From the NCBI GenBank assembly GCA_902520595.1, contig CABYOM010000003.1, positions 1 to 62,569 on the forward strand: a DNA stretch of 62,569 bases, in the 5' to 3' direction. Of this stretch, positions 27,312 to 37,858 are shown in pieces. The DNA is from an uncultured Candidatus Poseidoniales archaeon. Its GTDB lineage: Archaea; Thermoplasmatota; Poseidoniia; Poseidoniales; Poseidoniaceae. The translations under genes were made by a program, and so were the position numbers. Position 1 is the first letter of the stretch, and each line of letters begins with the position of its first letter. The notes under the pieces were generated by a model. The model saw only the letters and a list, made by a program, of their open reading frames with translations, was not told the DNA's origin and did not search any database.

Positions 27312-28642
27312 TATTGTATCTCCTTGCCCTTGAACAAAGCACCGCCAATGAACCAAAATATTGCTGCTTGGAAAAGTAAGACGAGTGTTGAAACTATCAT
27401 CGCAGTAAAAGCTGAAAGTCCGAGTCCAGGCTTTGAGGAAAAGAATCCCAATGGACCCGCACCCTCAAGTGAAGTTTCGAAATTCCAACCTGCATTCCCG
27501 TCTCCACCCCAGTTACCCATGAGGATGAACAAATCAAGATTCGGCCAAACTAACATTGCAGCAGCATCAATAATCATCAAAGCCCAGCCAATTATTGAGA
27601 ATCGAAGTAGGGTTGCATCGGGCGCACCCATAGATAACAAGGCCATTCCTAATTCCCATGCTGCAAAGGGTATGGCCAGAATGATACCATATTTCCATAG
27701 AACTCCAAGAGCGTTAAACAGCATGCCATACACGAGCGTCGCCATCATTGTAGCGAATATGATTGCCAGCCAAACGCCGAGGTCGGCAAATCGAAAGAAA
27801 CTGTCGCCAGAACCTGCAAAACCCGATACGATAGCACCAAGAATTCCCAAGGCTATGACGTAAGGCCAAACGATTCCAAGATATCCCAAGGTACGGTAGA
27901 GAAATAATTCGGTACGAGCAATAGGTTTTGCGAGCATGAAGTGCATCGTTCCAGAATTCATTTCATCTCGAATGAGTCCAGTTGCCATAAACAGAGGTAG
28001 GAAGATTCCTAGCAAGAGTACAAACCCAAGTTTTCCAATCGAGAGAACAAACGCAATGTGAATTGCTTCTCGTGAATATGCATCTTCATCTGGGTCTTCA
28101 TCCACGCCATTGTCAGCATCGATACTCGCGTAAAAATTTCCGTCAGAAAGGCGATAGTATTCGACGACAATATCGCACGGAATACCATTACCATTTGTGT
28201 CTTTTTGGGATGCGGTTTTATTCGAATCCAAACAATCTCCATCGTCGTCATATCCCGTTGATTGTTCCCCAAGCCGTATGGTGACATCCCAATCAAAGTC
28301 GTCTTCGTTGATATACATGGACTTCGGGTCGGGTTCAATAGGTGGGTCAAATAATCCAGGGTGTGAATTGCCATCCCATGGGTCTGTTCCAAGAAGAATT
28401 TCTTGGCCTCTTGGATATCCATCGTTATCATAGTCGGTTGAATCTCTATCATTATCAATTGATTCAAACTCAGATGCCATCACATCGATGTAAATCAAGA
28501 AGATGAGGGAAAGCGCTGTGAATCCTACACCCAATACGACCCATGTTGATTTCTTTGTCCGATACTGACGGAGTGTAAACTCGATGATCGCAGACGCCTT
28601 TCTATCAAGTGAGCGGTAAATCGACTGGGGTTTTGTAGCCAT
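27311..28642 (-). CDS. ABC-2-type transporter permease with an acidic, Ca-binding-like (TSP3-like) ectodomain
   Basis: One N-terminal TM, then about 135 aa with DNDRDSTDYDNDGYPRGQEILLGTDPWD, DDDGDCLD, DTNGNGIPCD. Five to six TM helices follow. TGATG overlap with the upstream ATPase. Confidence 0.6.
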   Translation of the reverse strand: MATKPQSIYRSLDRKASAIIEFTLRQYRTKKSTWVVLGVGFTALSLIFLIYIDVMASEFESIDNDRDSTDYDNDGYPRGQEILLGTDPWDGNSHPGLFDPPIEPDPKSMYINEDDFDWDVTIRLGEQSTGYDDDGDCLDSNKTASQKDTNGNGIPCDIVVEYYRLSDGNFYASIDADNGVDEDPDEDAYSREAIHIAFVLSIGKLGFVLLLGIFLPLFMATGLIRDEMNSGTMHFMLAKPIARTELFLYRTLGYLGIVWPYVIALGILGAIVSGFAGSGDSFFRFADLGVWLAIIFATMMATLVYGMLFNALGVLWKYGIILAIPFAAWELGMALLSMGAPDATLLRFSIIGWALMIIDAAAMLVWPNLDLFILMGNWGGDGNAGWNFETSLEGAGPLGFFSSKPGLGLSAFTAMIVSTLVLLFQAAIFWFIGGALFKGKEIQ

Positions 28643-29634
28643 CAGACTCCACCTCCGGATGTCAAATAACCCAAAATTGATGCAAGGTCATCATCAGGGT
28701 TGTCGATTGTGCTCACTTTGTGGTTATTATCTACAATTATCCGTGGAAGTCGCGAATGTATCGCACCAAGGTTATGAGTTTGGATGGAAAGATTTTTTCC
28801 ATCAGGGAATGAGATGCCAAATACCTCATCAAGGTCGATGACATCTTTTGCTAATGCTTTGGGGTCTTCAGTCTGAATTGAAATTCGATGGGGAATTTTG
28901 TCCAGCCTCTCTCGAATCGAATGGAGGTTGCCAAGTGCGAGTAATCGACCTTGATGAAGGATGATAATTTGTTCAGTAATTCGCTCTATTTCTTGCAAGA
29001 TATGACTGCTGACTAGAACAGTTCGACCCATCCTTCCAAGTTCTCTTATGACATTCATGATGGTTGTACGGGCCAGTGGATCGCATCCTTGAAGTGGCTC
29101 GTCCAGAATAATCAATTCCGGGTCATTGACCAATGCATGGGCGATTTTAACACGCTGACGCATACCTTTCGAGTACTGTCCTATTTTTTTATGAGCAACA
29201 TCCGATAAGCTCACGAAATCCAGCACTCTGTCCGCCTCTCCCTTCGCTTCATCGCGAGTAAGCCCATTCAATCGCGCAAACGTGGATACAAACTCATGTC
29301 CAGTCATCCAATCATACATCTTTTCATGTTCCGGGACAAAGCCAACGCGTGCATAGGGGGCTGGATTTTTCCATGGGTCGGTGCCAAATAATTTAACACT
29401 CCCCTGACTAACTTTCAGTTTACCCATCAGGAGATTAAACAGAGTCGATTTTCCTGCTCCGTTCATCCCCAGTACCCCAGTAACTCCGCCGTTGAGTGCT
29501 AGAGTTATGTTTGATAATGCGAAAATACGACCGTAACTTTTTGATACATTTTCCAGCAAAATAGCAGGCGCAGCCACTTCAGGTTCCCACTGCTGGGTTT
29601 GTGCTTTACCTTGTTGGTCAAAATCAGGAATCAT
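28642..29634 (-). CDS. ABC transporter ATP-binding protein (second of two)
   Basis: Walker A GMNGAGKST, signature YSKGMRQR, Walker B LIILDEP. ATGA overlap at 29631-29634, preceded by GGAGGTGA. Confidence 0.85.
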   Translation of the reverse strand: MIPDFDQQGKAQTQQWEPEVAAPAILLENVSKSYGRIFALSNITLALNGGVTGVLGMNGAGKSTLFNLLMGKLKVSQGSVKLFGTDPWKNPAPYARVGFVPEHEKMYDWMTGHEFVSTFARLNGLTRDEAKGEADRVLDFVSLSDVAHKKIGQYSKGMRQRVKIAHALVNDPELIILDEPLQGCDPLARTTIMNVIRELGRMGRTVLVSSHILQEIERITEQIIILHQGRLLALGNLHSIRERLDKIPHRISIQTEDPKALAKDVIDLDEVFGISFPDGKNLSIQTHNLGAIHSRLPRIIVDNNHKVSTIDNPDDDLASILGYLTSGGGV

Positions 29635-30668
29635 TCTCGAGTCACCTCCATTGACGATACCCGTGTGCTCAAGACATACAAAGCCACACCATTCATTGCT
29701 ACAAGCGATGCCAATGACCAGGTCCATGAATACTGGTCATAAGTCGGTTGAGTTCCAATTATGGCTTGACCTACATGGGCTAAGCAGTCGTAAGGAGAGA
29801 GAAGGTAGAGTATTTCACGGTCAAAGAGATTTGCGACTATGAATGCTAAAACTTTGGTTCCAAGAATTATCGAGAGTAGGGCAATTCCAGGGAAAAACTT
29901 CCCCTTTGAAACACTGGATAAGGAGAGCCCAATGCTGGTATAGGTGAAGATAAGCAAGAGCGCACTAAACACCGTTGCAAGGAACATCGGGAAGGTGTCA
30001 ATAATCCATGCCCAACCTCTCCCCATCGTCGCAATTTCAGCGAAATAGTAGAGTGCTAATGTCACCAATATGAGTAATCCTTGAATCATGGCGACTGAAA
30101 TAAACTTCATCCCTACATAGTCAAATCGAGTTATTGGTCGTGAAAAGTAGAGTGCCGATGTCCCATGTTGGCGGTCTTCAGAGATCACACCTCCAACCAA
30201 GAGAGCGGCGACAACAGGATAGTAGAGCATGTTGCGCGGAAAGAAACCAAGAACGTGAGCATAGAGGTTATCTCGACTCACGCCCCATACGGAATGAAGG
30301 CCAGAATCTCCGATAAGTCCGGACACCAGTGTCATGCCTACATCGGATAACGAAGCAACAAAGACGACCAAGAGATATAACCGAATCGGGACCCCCCACG
30401 GTCGATGTCCTTTCTTGAAAACGCCGAGTAAATGGTGTCGAAGAATTGCCCAGTTTCTCATCCATCTTGGATTGAGTTCTCCGTTCCATGGTTTGTATTG
30501 TTGCTTGAATATTTGTCCATCAGATTTTGGTGCCGAACTCATCGTTACGCTAAGGTCTTCATCACCTTCCGTCGAACCCCACGCAGCCTCTAAACGAACT
30601 TTACCCGTTACTGGGGCTTCAGCAGCGAACTCAACTTGTTGAGGCAGAGTTTCTTCTTGAGTGGTCAA
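29631..30668 (-). CDS. ABC-2-type transporter permease (first of two)
   Basis: Six predicted TM helices follow a cytoplasmic N-terminal extension. TTG start overlaps the upstream stop (TTGA). Confidence 0.6.
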   Translation of the reverse strand: MTTQEETLPQQVEFAAEAPVTGKVRLEAAWGSTEGDEDLSVTMSSAPKSDGQIFKQQYKPWNGELNPRWMRNWAILRHHLLGVFKKGHRPWGVPIRLYLLVVFVASLSDVGMTLVSGLIGDSGLHSVWGVSRDNLYAHVLGFFPRNMLYYPVVAALLVGGVISEDRQHGTSALYFSRPITRFDYVGMKFISVAMIQGLLILVTLALYYFAEIATMGRGWAWIIDTFPMFLATVFSALLLIFTYTSIGLSLSSVSKGKFFPGIALLSIILGTKVLAFIVANLFDREILYLLSPYDCLAHVGQAIIGTQPTYDQYSWTWSLASLVAMNGVALYVLSTRVSSMEVTRE

Positions 30669-31675
30669 GCTGAACCACCACCCATATGCCCTGGAGCATC
30701 GACCTTGCGAGCTTGGACAGGGGTTCCTAACAAATCTTCACTTGATTTGACTTCATAGCCTAAGTTTTCCATGATAGAGAGGAACAAGTCTTCCAATGAC
30801 GCCTCATATTCATGCATTCTACGAATTTGTGCACCTACTTCAGCAGCACAACTCAAAATGAGTGATGTTGTATCTTCTTGTTCGTGAAGAATCCGCATTA
30901 CTCGACCTTCTCTACGGACACTCATGCCTTTTTTCGCCATCGCATCCTCCAAACGAGATGCTCCACCCCATACGTGAATCTCAATTTCTCGGTCGAATGC
31001 TTTGAGGTCCTCTATTCGACCTTGGGCAGCGAGTTTACCTTTATGCAAGAGGATAAAATTATCACAAACCCGTTCAACGTCATCCATCAAGTGCGATGCC
31101 ATTAACACAGAACGGTTTCCGGATTGTACGGTGTTTGTCAGTGTATCAATCATGTAATCTCGAGCAGATATATCCAGGCCGTTTGAAGGTTCATCTGCGA
31201 TGATTAGTTCGGGGTCGTGAATGAGAGCACATGCAAGCTTTGTTGCTTGTTTCATTCCAGTCGAATAACTTCCAATATTTCGATAACGTTGTTCACCCAA
31301 ACCGACATATTGCAGGGTTTCATGCGCTCGAGCAAGAGCGATAGTAGGATTCATTCCTAGTAATTCTCCGGAATATCGAACCTGATGAATCGCTTCCATT
31401 TCTGGATTGAGTGAATCATATTCTGGCATGTAGCCAATACGGGAGCGGATTTCGTCTCCTTTGGTGCGAATGTCGAGGCCAAGAACTGTACCTTCGCCTT
31501 CAGTCGTTTGGATTAAACCAAGTATCGTTTTCAGGAAAGTCGATTTTCCCGCCCCATTGGGTCCGAGTAATCCAGTAGCCCCTTTCGGGACCGAGAGGTT
31601 GAGTTTACTCAATGCCACATGCGGACCGTAAGATTTGGTCAAATTGGTGGTTTTGATGATAAGGTCGTCTTGCAT
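30665..31675 (-). CDS. ABC transporter ATP-binding protein (first of two)
   Basis: Walker A GPNGAGKST, signature YSTGMKQ, Walker B LIIADEP. ATG 31675 is preceded by GAGGGGGAG; the ORF is open to a TTG at 31705. Confidence 0.85.
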   Translation of the reverse strand: MQDDLIIKTTNLTKSYGPHVALSKLNLSVPKGATGLLGPNGAGKSTFLKTILGLIQTTEGEGTVLGLDIRTKGDEIRSRIGYMPEYDSLNPEMEAIHQVRYSGELLGMNPTIALARAHETLQYVGLGEQRYRNIGSYSTGMKQATKLACALIHDPELIIADEPSNGLDISARDYMIDTLTNTVQSGNRSVLMASHLMDDVERVCDNFILLHKGKLAAQGRIEDLKAFDREIEIHVWGGASRLEDAMAKKGMSVRREGRVMRILHEQEDTTSLILSCAAEVGAQIRRMHEYEASLEDLFLSIMENLGYEVKSSEDLLGTPVQARKVDAPGHMGGGSA

Positions 31676-31753
31676 TGCACTCCCCCTCAAAGTTGAGAGG
31701 TACAAGACGCTCTTTGAAGTATACCACGTTTTTGTGTCATCCTTGCAGCGTTG

Positions 31754-34048
31754 TTACTTTATCCCACCACGTGTTTTTACAGCTACACCTTTTCGGAAAT
31801 CTCTCATTTCTTGCGAGGTGCATTGAGAAAGGCCATGCCCGATAAGTTCGCCTTTTTGATTGACGAGTAAACAACTCACTCCTGGAGAAATCCAACCGTC
31901 GCAACCAAGAATAAAACCATGGAATACATTTCTACCTTGTCTGACAAAAGGTTCTGCATCGTCGTTTATGACCACCCAAGCTGGCCCTTTTGAGAGACTG
32001 TTTTCCGGTTTGCACACTTCAAATCCATGCGGTAGAGGCATGGTTCGATGTGCATGAATCTGCTTGGCTCCACCATCTGTAATTGATAATCCGCCATCGG
32101 TAAGGCGTGGGCTTACAATGTGCGTTCCATCCGCTGTTATAGCATTTTTAACCCGCCCTAGTCGGTTGACGACGAATGTGGAATCCTTCAAAATCAGTTC
32201 AACATCTTTTGCGTCCATGTTGAGTAAGAGGACCATTTTATCGGCAACATGGCGACGTTGGAGTTGAAGTTTAGCATTTTCACGCTGCTCTTTTTCCATT
32301 GGCTCAGTATGCGCTTTTACATCTTCATCGGCTTCTAAAACTCCTGCTTGTTCAAGCGCTAAAATGGCCCGAGATTGGATGCCGTCTCCGAGTAAATCGA
32401 CCGTGATTATCCTACGCTCACCCATCCCGTAGTGTTCAAGTTCCTCCCGTATTGAAAACGGATTTGGACGACGTCGCCATAGCCACTGTGGGCCATCGAT
32501 ATGAGTAAATGGATTCAAGTCTTCAAGAGAGTATGGGAGTAGTCCGATGGGAGTCTGAATCATAACTTCCAAGCCGGGGCAATGATGTTCTAAACGAACC
32601 ATTAGATCGCTTAATCGTTCTCTCCATGGACCTGAGGTTCCATATGCAACTAAGACTTCTTGGGAGCCTCTACCAGGCTTGTTTTGAGGCCTCCAATGAC
32701 TTCTCAACGCTTTTTTTGCAGCGTTAATGTGAGGTCGAACCTGGGTATCTTCTCCACCCCAAGGCTCTCCACCTTTGCGCGGCGATTCTTGTGATTGAAC
32801 AATCCAGTCCCATGCGTATTCCCATTTCCCTGCATTTTGGTCCCGGTCCCGAGCTGCATCGCGGTCATCAAGAATCAGTTCATCTAAGAACTGAAGGTCG
32901 AGTTTTTTGTTGTGAGGGCTTGTTGAAATCCACAAGAACGCTTCTCTTAGGGCTGGATGTTGATGGCTCCTTCGTTCTGCTAAACGCCAAAGAGTTCCAT
33001 CCCGAATGGCTTGTTTACACCGGTCCAGTTCAGACAGCGTCACTTCCAGATTATATCGCGCAAGTAATTCCGTTTTCTCCTTATTTGGCATTGCTCGAAC
33101 ATCATCAGGGGTATGGGCAGAAACACAAGGCATCCGTTCAGGCCATTCGACCAATGTTCCGATTTTTTGGGTACCCCACGGCGTTAACAAACGCCCATCA
33201 CGTGCAAACAAGGCATATGCAGCAGAATCAAACAAGTCGGCACCTAAGGCAATCGACATCGGGAACAACATTGGGTGACCACATCCAAACATATGGACCG
33301 GACGGTTTGGTGGCAAATGAGGGATTGAAGCCATCATGATCTTCGCATAGTCTTTGTACAAGTGTCGTTCCATTATGGGAACGATACCACCGATTGGATG
33401 TATTGCAAAGTCATATCCCCCCATGCCTTGAGCGGATTGAGTTCGAAGGTGTTTGAACACCCCCCCTTGAATTGGTCCGTTAAGCATGGTCGTTCCGGCG
33501 GCTGTAATACTTGCAGGAGCGCGTTGAATCGTTTCTTCAACACATCGAGCGACCTGCTCTTCAGTCATGTCCGGACGAGAAAAGACATCGAGCATTGTTG
33601 CAATATCAACGCCAATACTTTTCTGAAATTCAACAATTTCTTCGACTCCAACTTCTACATCGCCGTAGATGTAGGCTTGAAAAGTTCCAGAATCGGTCAT
33701 GATTACTCCAGGATAATCCAACAGTGCATGGACGCCTTCTTTTGTAGCAACTTCTTTGAGACTTTCATGCTTCCATATGATGTAGGAATTGGTAATCAAC
33801 GCACCTATGCCATATCTGTCCCACATTTCACGAGGCTCGATTGTACGGATGTTTGGATTAATCACAGGTAGTAATGCTGGCGTCTCAAGAACACCGTGTA
33901 CTGTATGCAATCGACCTAAGCGGCCACGCCCATCTCGAGTGACGACCTCAAACAGCCCCGTGTTAGCCTCTCGGCATGGAACCGGTTCTTCCCGAGGGCC
34001 ATCCGTCCATGCTCCCATAATGCTAATCCCCTTATCCGTGTCTTTCAA
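31754..34048 (-). CDS. tgtA: archaeosine tRNA-guanine transglycosylase (ArcTGT) with a C-terminal PUA domain
   Basis: Catalytic motifs IMTDSGTFQ and MFGCGHPM...GADLFDSAAY. The C-terminal PUA-like segment is VFHGFILGCDGWISPG...GVAVKTRGG. The length is 764 aa. Confidence 0.85.
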   Translation of the reverse strand: MKDTDKGISIMGAWTDGPREEPVPCREANTGLFEVVTRDGRGRLGRLHTVHGVLETPALLPVINPNIRTIEPREMWDRYGIGALITNSYIIWKHESLKEVATKEGVHALLDYPGVIMTDSGTFQAYIYGDVEVGVEEIVEFQKSIGVDIATMLDVFSRPDMTEEQVARCVEETIQRAPASITAAGTTMLNGPIQGGVFKHLRTQSAQGMGGYDFAIHPIGGIVPIMERHLYKDYAKIMMASIPHLPPNRPVHMFGCGHPMLFPMSIALGADLFDSAAYALFARDGRLLTPWGTQKIGTLVEWPERMPCVSAHTPDDVRAMPNKEKTELLARYNLEVTLSELDRCKQAIRDGTLWRLAERRSHQHPALREAFLWISTSPHNKKLDLQFLDELILDDRDAARDRDQNAGKWEYAWDWIVQSQESPRKGGEPWGGEDTQVRPHINAAKKALRSHWRPQNKPGRGSQEVLVAYGTSGPWRERLSDLMVRLEHHCPGLEVMIQTPIGLLPYSLEDLNPFTHIDGPQWLWRRRPNPFSIREELEHYGMGERRIITVDLLGDGIQSRAILALEQAGVLEADEDVKAHTEPMEKEQRENAKLQLQRRHVADKMVLLLNMDAKDVELILKDSTFVVNRLGRVKNAITADGTHIVSPRLTDGGLSITDGGAKQIHAHRTMPLPHGFEVCKPENSLSKGPAWVVINDDAEPFVRQGRNVFHGFILGCDGWISPGVSCLLVNQKGELIGHGLSQCTSQEMRDFRKGVAVKTRGGIK

Positions 34049-34072
34049 ACCATCCGTTCACAGAATTCATAA

Positions 34073-34531
34073 TCAAACAAATTCTACCGCACCATGGGCA
34101 AGAATGAATTCTCTGCCCAACTCGTCAAATGTATCGAGTAGAGCGGATGAAAAACGAATTCGGCAGATTTCAGCATCGTCTTCTAAGTCTTTTTTCACGC
34201 CTTCGAGCGTTCCCGGAGCTGCGCCACACGAAAGACAGGCACCGGTCAGATCGAGAACTAAATCGAGTTCTGATGCAGCACTTTCACCCCATTCAAGAGA
34301 TGAAACAGCAATTCCTCCACCATGGCCATCAAGTGCTGCACGAACATCACCCAGACGAGAAAGAAGGGCCGGCACAAACTCGTTGGTTCCAATAAAGTCC
34401 AAGAGCGAAGTTGAACGAAGGCGTTGTTCTTCTATCGGGTCCGTAACCTCTTCAATTCGACGCTTTGCTTCTGATGACATTGCAGCCTTTGCTTCGGCAG
34501 CATATTTGGCAACGAGGTCATCGTCGGTCAT
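34073..34531 (-). CDS. NifU C-terminal-domain (Nfu-like) Fe-S cluster protein
   Basis: GGGIAVSSL...LDLTGACLSCGAAPGTLEGV shows the CxxC of the Nfu domain. It is divergent from the suf operon. Confidence 0.65.
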   Translation of the reverse strand: MTDDDLVAKYAAEAKAAMSSEAKRRIEEVTDPIEEQRLRSTSLLDFIGTNEFVPALLSRLGDVRAALDGHGGGIAVSSLEWGESAASELDLVLDLTGACLSCGAAPGTLEGVKKDLEDDAEICRIRFSSALLDTFDELGREFILAHGAVEFV

Positions 34532-34642
34532 GTTGCTTGCTCACAACCCCTTCTTCTTGAATACTATTATTGGGACTCTGTTCATGAAATATCATATGGG
34601 GCATTATTACACCACTTGATAAAGGAGTTGCGCGAGGAGTAT

Positions 34643-35398
34643 ATGGGTGAGCGTATGGTAGATGAGATTTTACGGGTCGAAAATCTTCACGTCAGTGTTG
34701 AAGGAACCCCAATTCTCAACGGAGTCAACCTCATCATCAATCGGGGAGAGATTCACGCAGTAATGGGCCGAAACGGTGCTGGAAAGTCAACTTTAGCTAA
34801 TGTTGTCATGGGTCATCCGGCCTACGAGATTACAGAAGGAAGCATCTTTTACAAGGGCCAGCCACTGGAAGATCTCGAAGTTTTCGAGAGAGCTCGAGCC
34901 GGCATGTTCCTTTCATTCCAATATCCAGCCTCGATTCCAGGTGTCCAAGTCGGTTCTTTCCTCAAAAAGTCCGTTGCATCGGTTCGTGACGAGCCTCCCA
35001 AAGGCCGTGCTTTCCGCAAAGAATTAACCGCTGCAATGGAGCAATTGTCGATGGATAAGAGTTTCCTCTCCCGCTATGTAAACGACGGATTCAGTGGTGG
35101 GGAGAAGAAGCGCCTCGAGATTTTACAGATGCTTTTGCTTCAACCCCACCTTGCTCTGCTCGACGAAACAGACTCTGGATTGGATATCGATGCGCTACGA
35201 ATTGTCGCTCAAGGAATCAATGAAGTGGCTGTAAATTCGGGATGCCTCATTATCACTCACTATCAAAGATTGCTCGATCTTGTTAAGCCCGATTTCGTCC
35301 ACGCAATGATTGACGGTGTTATTATCAAAACAGGTGGGCCTGAACTTGCGCTCCGTCTAGAAGACAAAGGATACGACTGGCTTGATGTCGCTGCTTGA
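34643..35398 (+). CDS. sufC: Fe-S cluster assembly ATPase SufC
   Basis: Motifs [30 protein letters not shown] and HYQRLL. The start is uncertain among 34616, 34643 and 34655. Confidence 0.9.
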   Translation: MGERMVDEILRVENLHVSVEGTPILNGVNLIINRGEIHAVMGRNGAGKSTLANVVMGHPAYEITEGSIFYKGQPLEDLEVFERARAGMFLSFQYPASIPGVQVGSFLKKSVASVRDEPPKGRAFRKELTAAMEQLSMDKSFLSRYVNDGFSGGEKKRLEILQMLLLQPHLALLDETDSGLDIDALRIVAQGINEVAVNSGCLIITHYQRLLDLVKPDFVHAMIDGVIIKTGGPELALRLEDKGYDWLDVAA

Positions 35399-35409
35399 GG
35401 TGTGAATAT

Positions 35410-36816
35410 ATGTCCGATGAAACTCAAGAAATTATTGGCGACTACCGCTATGGATTCCACGACCCTGAAAATTCGACCATTCGATTCGATAAAGGTCTTT
35501 CAGAACAAGTCGTTCGTGATATTTCAGAGCTTAAAGACGAACCGCAATGGATGACGGACCTACGGGTCAAGGCTTTCCGACACTTTGCTGAAAGAGTAAT
35601 GCCAGAGTGGGGTAATTGTGACATGCTCAACACAATTGATTTTGAGAATATCACCTATTTCTTACGTTCTTCGAACCAGACCGAGAAATCTTGGGATGAA
35701 GTGCCTGATGATATCAAAAACACCTTTGACAGATTGGGGATCCCAGAAGCTGAACAGAAGTGGCTTGGAGGGGTTACTGCTCAGTACGAATCGGAAGCAG
35801 TCTATCACTCGATACGTGAAGATTTGGAAGAGCAGGGAGTCATTTTCTTGGATATGGATTCTGGTCTCAAGCAATATCCTGAACTTGTCAAAAAATACTT
35901 CGGCACTGTCATTCCACACAGTGATAACAAATTTTCTGCTCTCAACACCGCTGTTTGGTCAGGAGGTTCTTTCCTCTACATTCCGAAGGGTGTAAGTGTC
36001 GAAATGCCAGTTCAAGCATACTTCCGTATCAATGCGAAAAATATGGGTCAATTTGAGCGAACGCTCATCATCGCTGATGAAGGTAGTACTGTTCACTATG
36101 TTGAAGGATGCACTGCCCCAAGTTATTCAACCGATTCACTGCACTCGGCAGTTGTAGAACTCATTGCCATGGAAGGAGCGAAAATACGCTACTCCACCGT
36201 TCAAAACTGGTCAAGCAATGTCTACAACTTGGTAACCAAGCGTGCGGTTGCTCACAAAAACGCTACTGTTGAGTGGGTTGACGGAAACATCGGTTCGAAA
36301 TTAACGATGAAATATCCATCTGTGCTTCTCAAGGGTGAAGGTGCTCACGCAGAGGTCATTTCCGTGGCTTACGCAGGGAAAGGACAGCATCAAGACACCG
36401 GCGCTAAAGTCCACCACTTAGCCTCGAACACTACATCCAATATTCTTTCCAAATCAATTTCAAAAGACGGTGGCCGCTCCTCATACAGAGGCTTGCTCCA
36501 AGTCACACCCAAGTCAACAGGATGTCGTTCAAAGGTTGTTTGTGACGCACTTATTCTCGACGGAGATTCACGCTCAGATACATATCCGACTATGGAAATT
36601 GGTAATTCATCGTCTGATTTGGAACACGAAGCAAGTGTTTCCAAAGTTTCGAGTGGCCAATTGTTCTATCTTATGAGTCGTGGATTTACTGAAGATGAAG
36701 CAATGGGCTTGATTGTGAATGGATTCTTTGAACCGTTTACAAGAGAACTACCGATGGAATACGCTGTTGAACTAAACAAATTACTCGAATTGGAAATGGA
36801 GGGTTCCATTGGATGA
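35410..36816 (+). CDS. sufB: Fe-S cluster assembly protein SufB
   Basis: YRYGFHD near the N-terminus and the conserved C-terminal [19 protein letters not shown] lies 8 nt before ATG 35410. Confidence 0.9.
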   Translation: MSDETQEIIGDYRYGFHDPENSTIRFDKGLSEQVVRDISELKDEPQWMTDLRVKAFRHFAERVMPEWGNCDMLNTIDFENITYFLRSSNQTEKSWDEVPDDIKNTFDRLGIPEAEQKWLGGVTAQYESEAVYHSIREDLEEQGVIFLDMDSGLKQYPELVKKYFGTVIPHSDNKFSALNTAVWSGGSFLYIPKGVSVEMPVQAYFRINAKNMGQFERTLIIADEGSTVHYVEGCTAPSYSTDSLHSAVVELIAMEGAKIRYSTVQNWSSNVYNLVTKRAVAHKNATVEWVDGNIGSKLTMKYPSVLLKGEGAHAEVISVAYAGKGQHQDTGAKVHHLASNTTSNILSKSISKDGGRSSYRGLLQVTPKSTGCRSKVVCDALILDGDSRSDTYPTMEIGNSSSDLEHEASVSKVSSGQLFYLMSRGFTEDEAMGLIVNGFFEPFTRELPMEYAVELNKLLELEMEGSIG

Positions 36817-37853
36817 TCTACCAGAAGATGACCATTCCTCCTCGTTCAGAACATTTGTGGCGCTACACTCCTTGGCCTCGAATTCACCCTAGTTCAATTG
36901 ATAAGGTTCCAGATGTTGACGGAGTGATTTTCTCTCTCAGCGAACAACACGAAATGGAGTCAGTTGCTCATTCCACTGTTGCTCATGATGACATTGCCCG
37001 AGCATTTTTGCAATCAGCAGGTGGCTCACATAACCGCCTAGTCGTCTCAGAAGAATCGGAACCGATCCATATCGATGCTCGTGCTTCAGGTCACATTGCC
37101 GTGGGTCACTTACATCTTGATGTCAAAGCGTCAGGTGTTGTTTTAATTCACCTCACCGGAGAACCGGAATGGGTTGGTATTCACATCACCGGAAAAATTC
37201 ACCCAAATACCCAACTCTCTTTTGGATTCGTTAATGAACTTGGCTCGAACACTAAATTTCTACGCTGTGAGGATTGGATTGTTGAGCGTGATGCTGAACT
37301 TGAACATGCGACCCTCTCGATTGGTGGATTCCGCTGCAAATCTGATTTGCGAACTACCTTGAACGGTACTGGTTCGACTATTCGTCAATCAGTAACAGCC
37401 AATGCCGTTGGTTCTCGGCATGACGACGAACATGTCGAGATTCACCACCTTCATGGCCACACAAATTCAGATTTGGTAATGAACTCTGCCTGTTCCGGCA
37501 ACAGCCATTTTATTGCTACAGGATTGCTTACCATTGCCGAAGGTGCGAACAAAACCGACGCCTCGCAAGTATTTCGTAATCTACTTCTTTCTGAAAGAGC
37601 GCGTGCAGAAGCAATTCCAGAACTCGAAGTTCTCGCTGATGATGTGTCGGCAGCTCATGGGGCTGCAACTGCTCCTGTGGACCAAAACCAAATGCATTAT
37701 CTCATGTCAAGAGGTCTGAGTCCTGACGAATCGAAGTCCCTCATTGTGAGTGGTTTCCTTCTCAATGCATTTTCAAACCTTTCAAACAAATACCTCACTC
37801 AAGAAATGCAAACCAGACTCACAGTCCATCTTGAATGTGAATTGAAGAGGTGA
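36813..37853 (+). CDS. sufD: Fe-S cluster assembly protein SufD
   Basis: SufB/D beta-helix C-terminal pattern ([25 protein letters not shown]). ATGA overlap with sufB. Confidence 0.8.
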   Translation: MIYQKMTIPPRSEHLWRYTPWPRIHPSSIDKVPDVDGVIFSLSEQHEMESVAHSTVAHDDIARAFLQSAGGSHNRLVVSEESEPIHIDARASGHIAVGHLHLDVKASGVVLIHLTGEPEWVGIHITGKIHPNTQLSFGFVNELGSNTKFLRCEDWIVERDAELEHATLSIGGFRCKSDLRTTLNGTGSTIRQSVTANAVGSRHDDEHVEIHHLHGHTNSDLVMNSACSGNSHFIATGLLTIAEGANKTDASQVFRNLLLSERARAEAIPELEVLADDVSAAHGAATAPVDQNQMHYLMSRGLSPDESKSLIVSGFLLNAFSNLSNKYLTQEMQTRLTVHLECELKR

Positions 37854-37858
37854 ATCAA

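Noticed and set aside
27168-27863. 231-aa plus-strand ORF.
   Set aside because: It lies entirely antisense to the well-supported ABC-2 permease and tail gene. It has low-complexity P/S/A-rich composition, no SD or promoter context, and no motif.
33789-34619. 276-aa plus-strand ORF.
   Set aside because: It is antisense to tgtA and the Nfu gene. Its S/R/P-rich composition is typical of a shadow ORF opposite real coding sequence.
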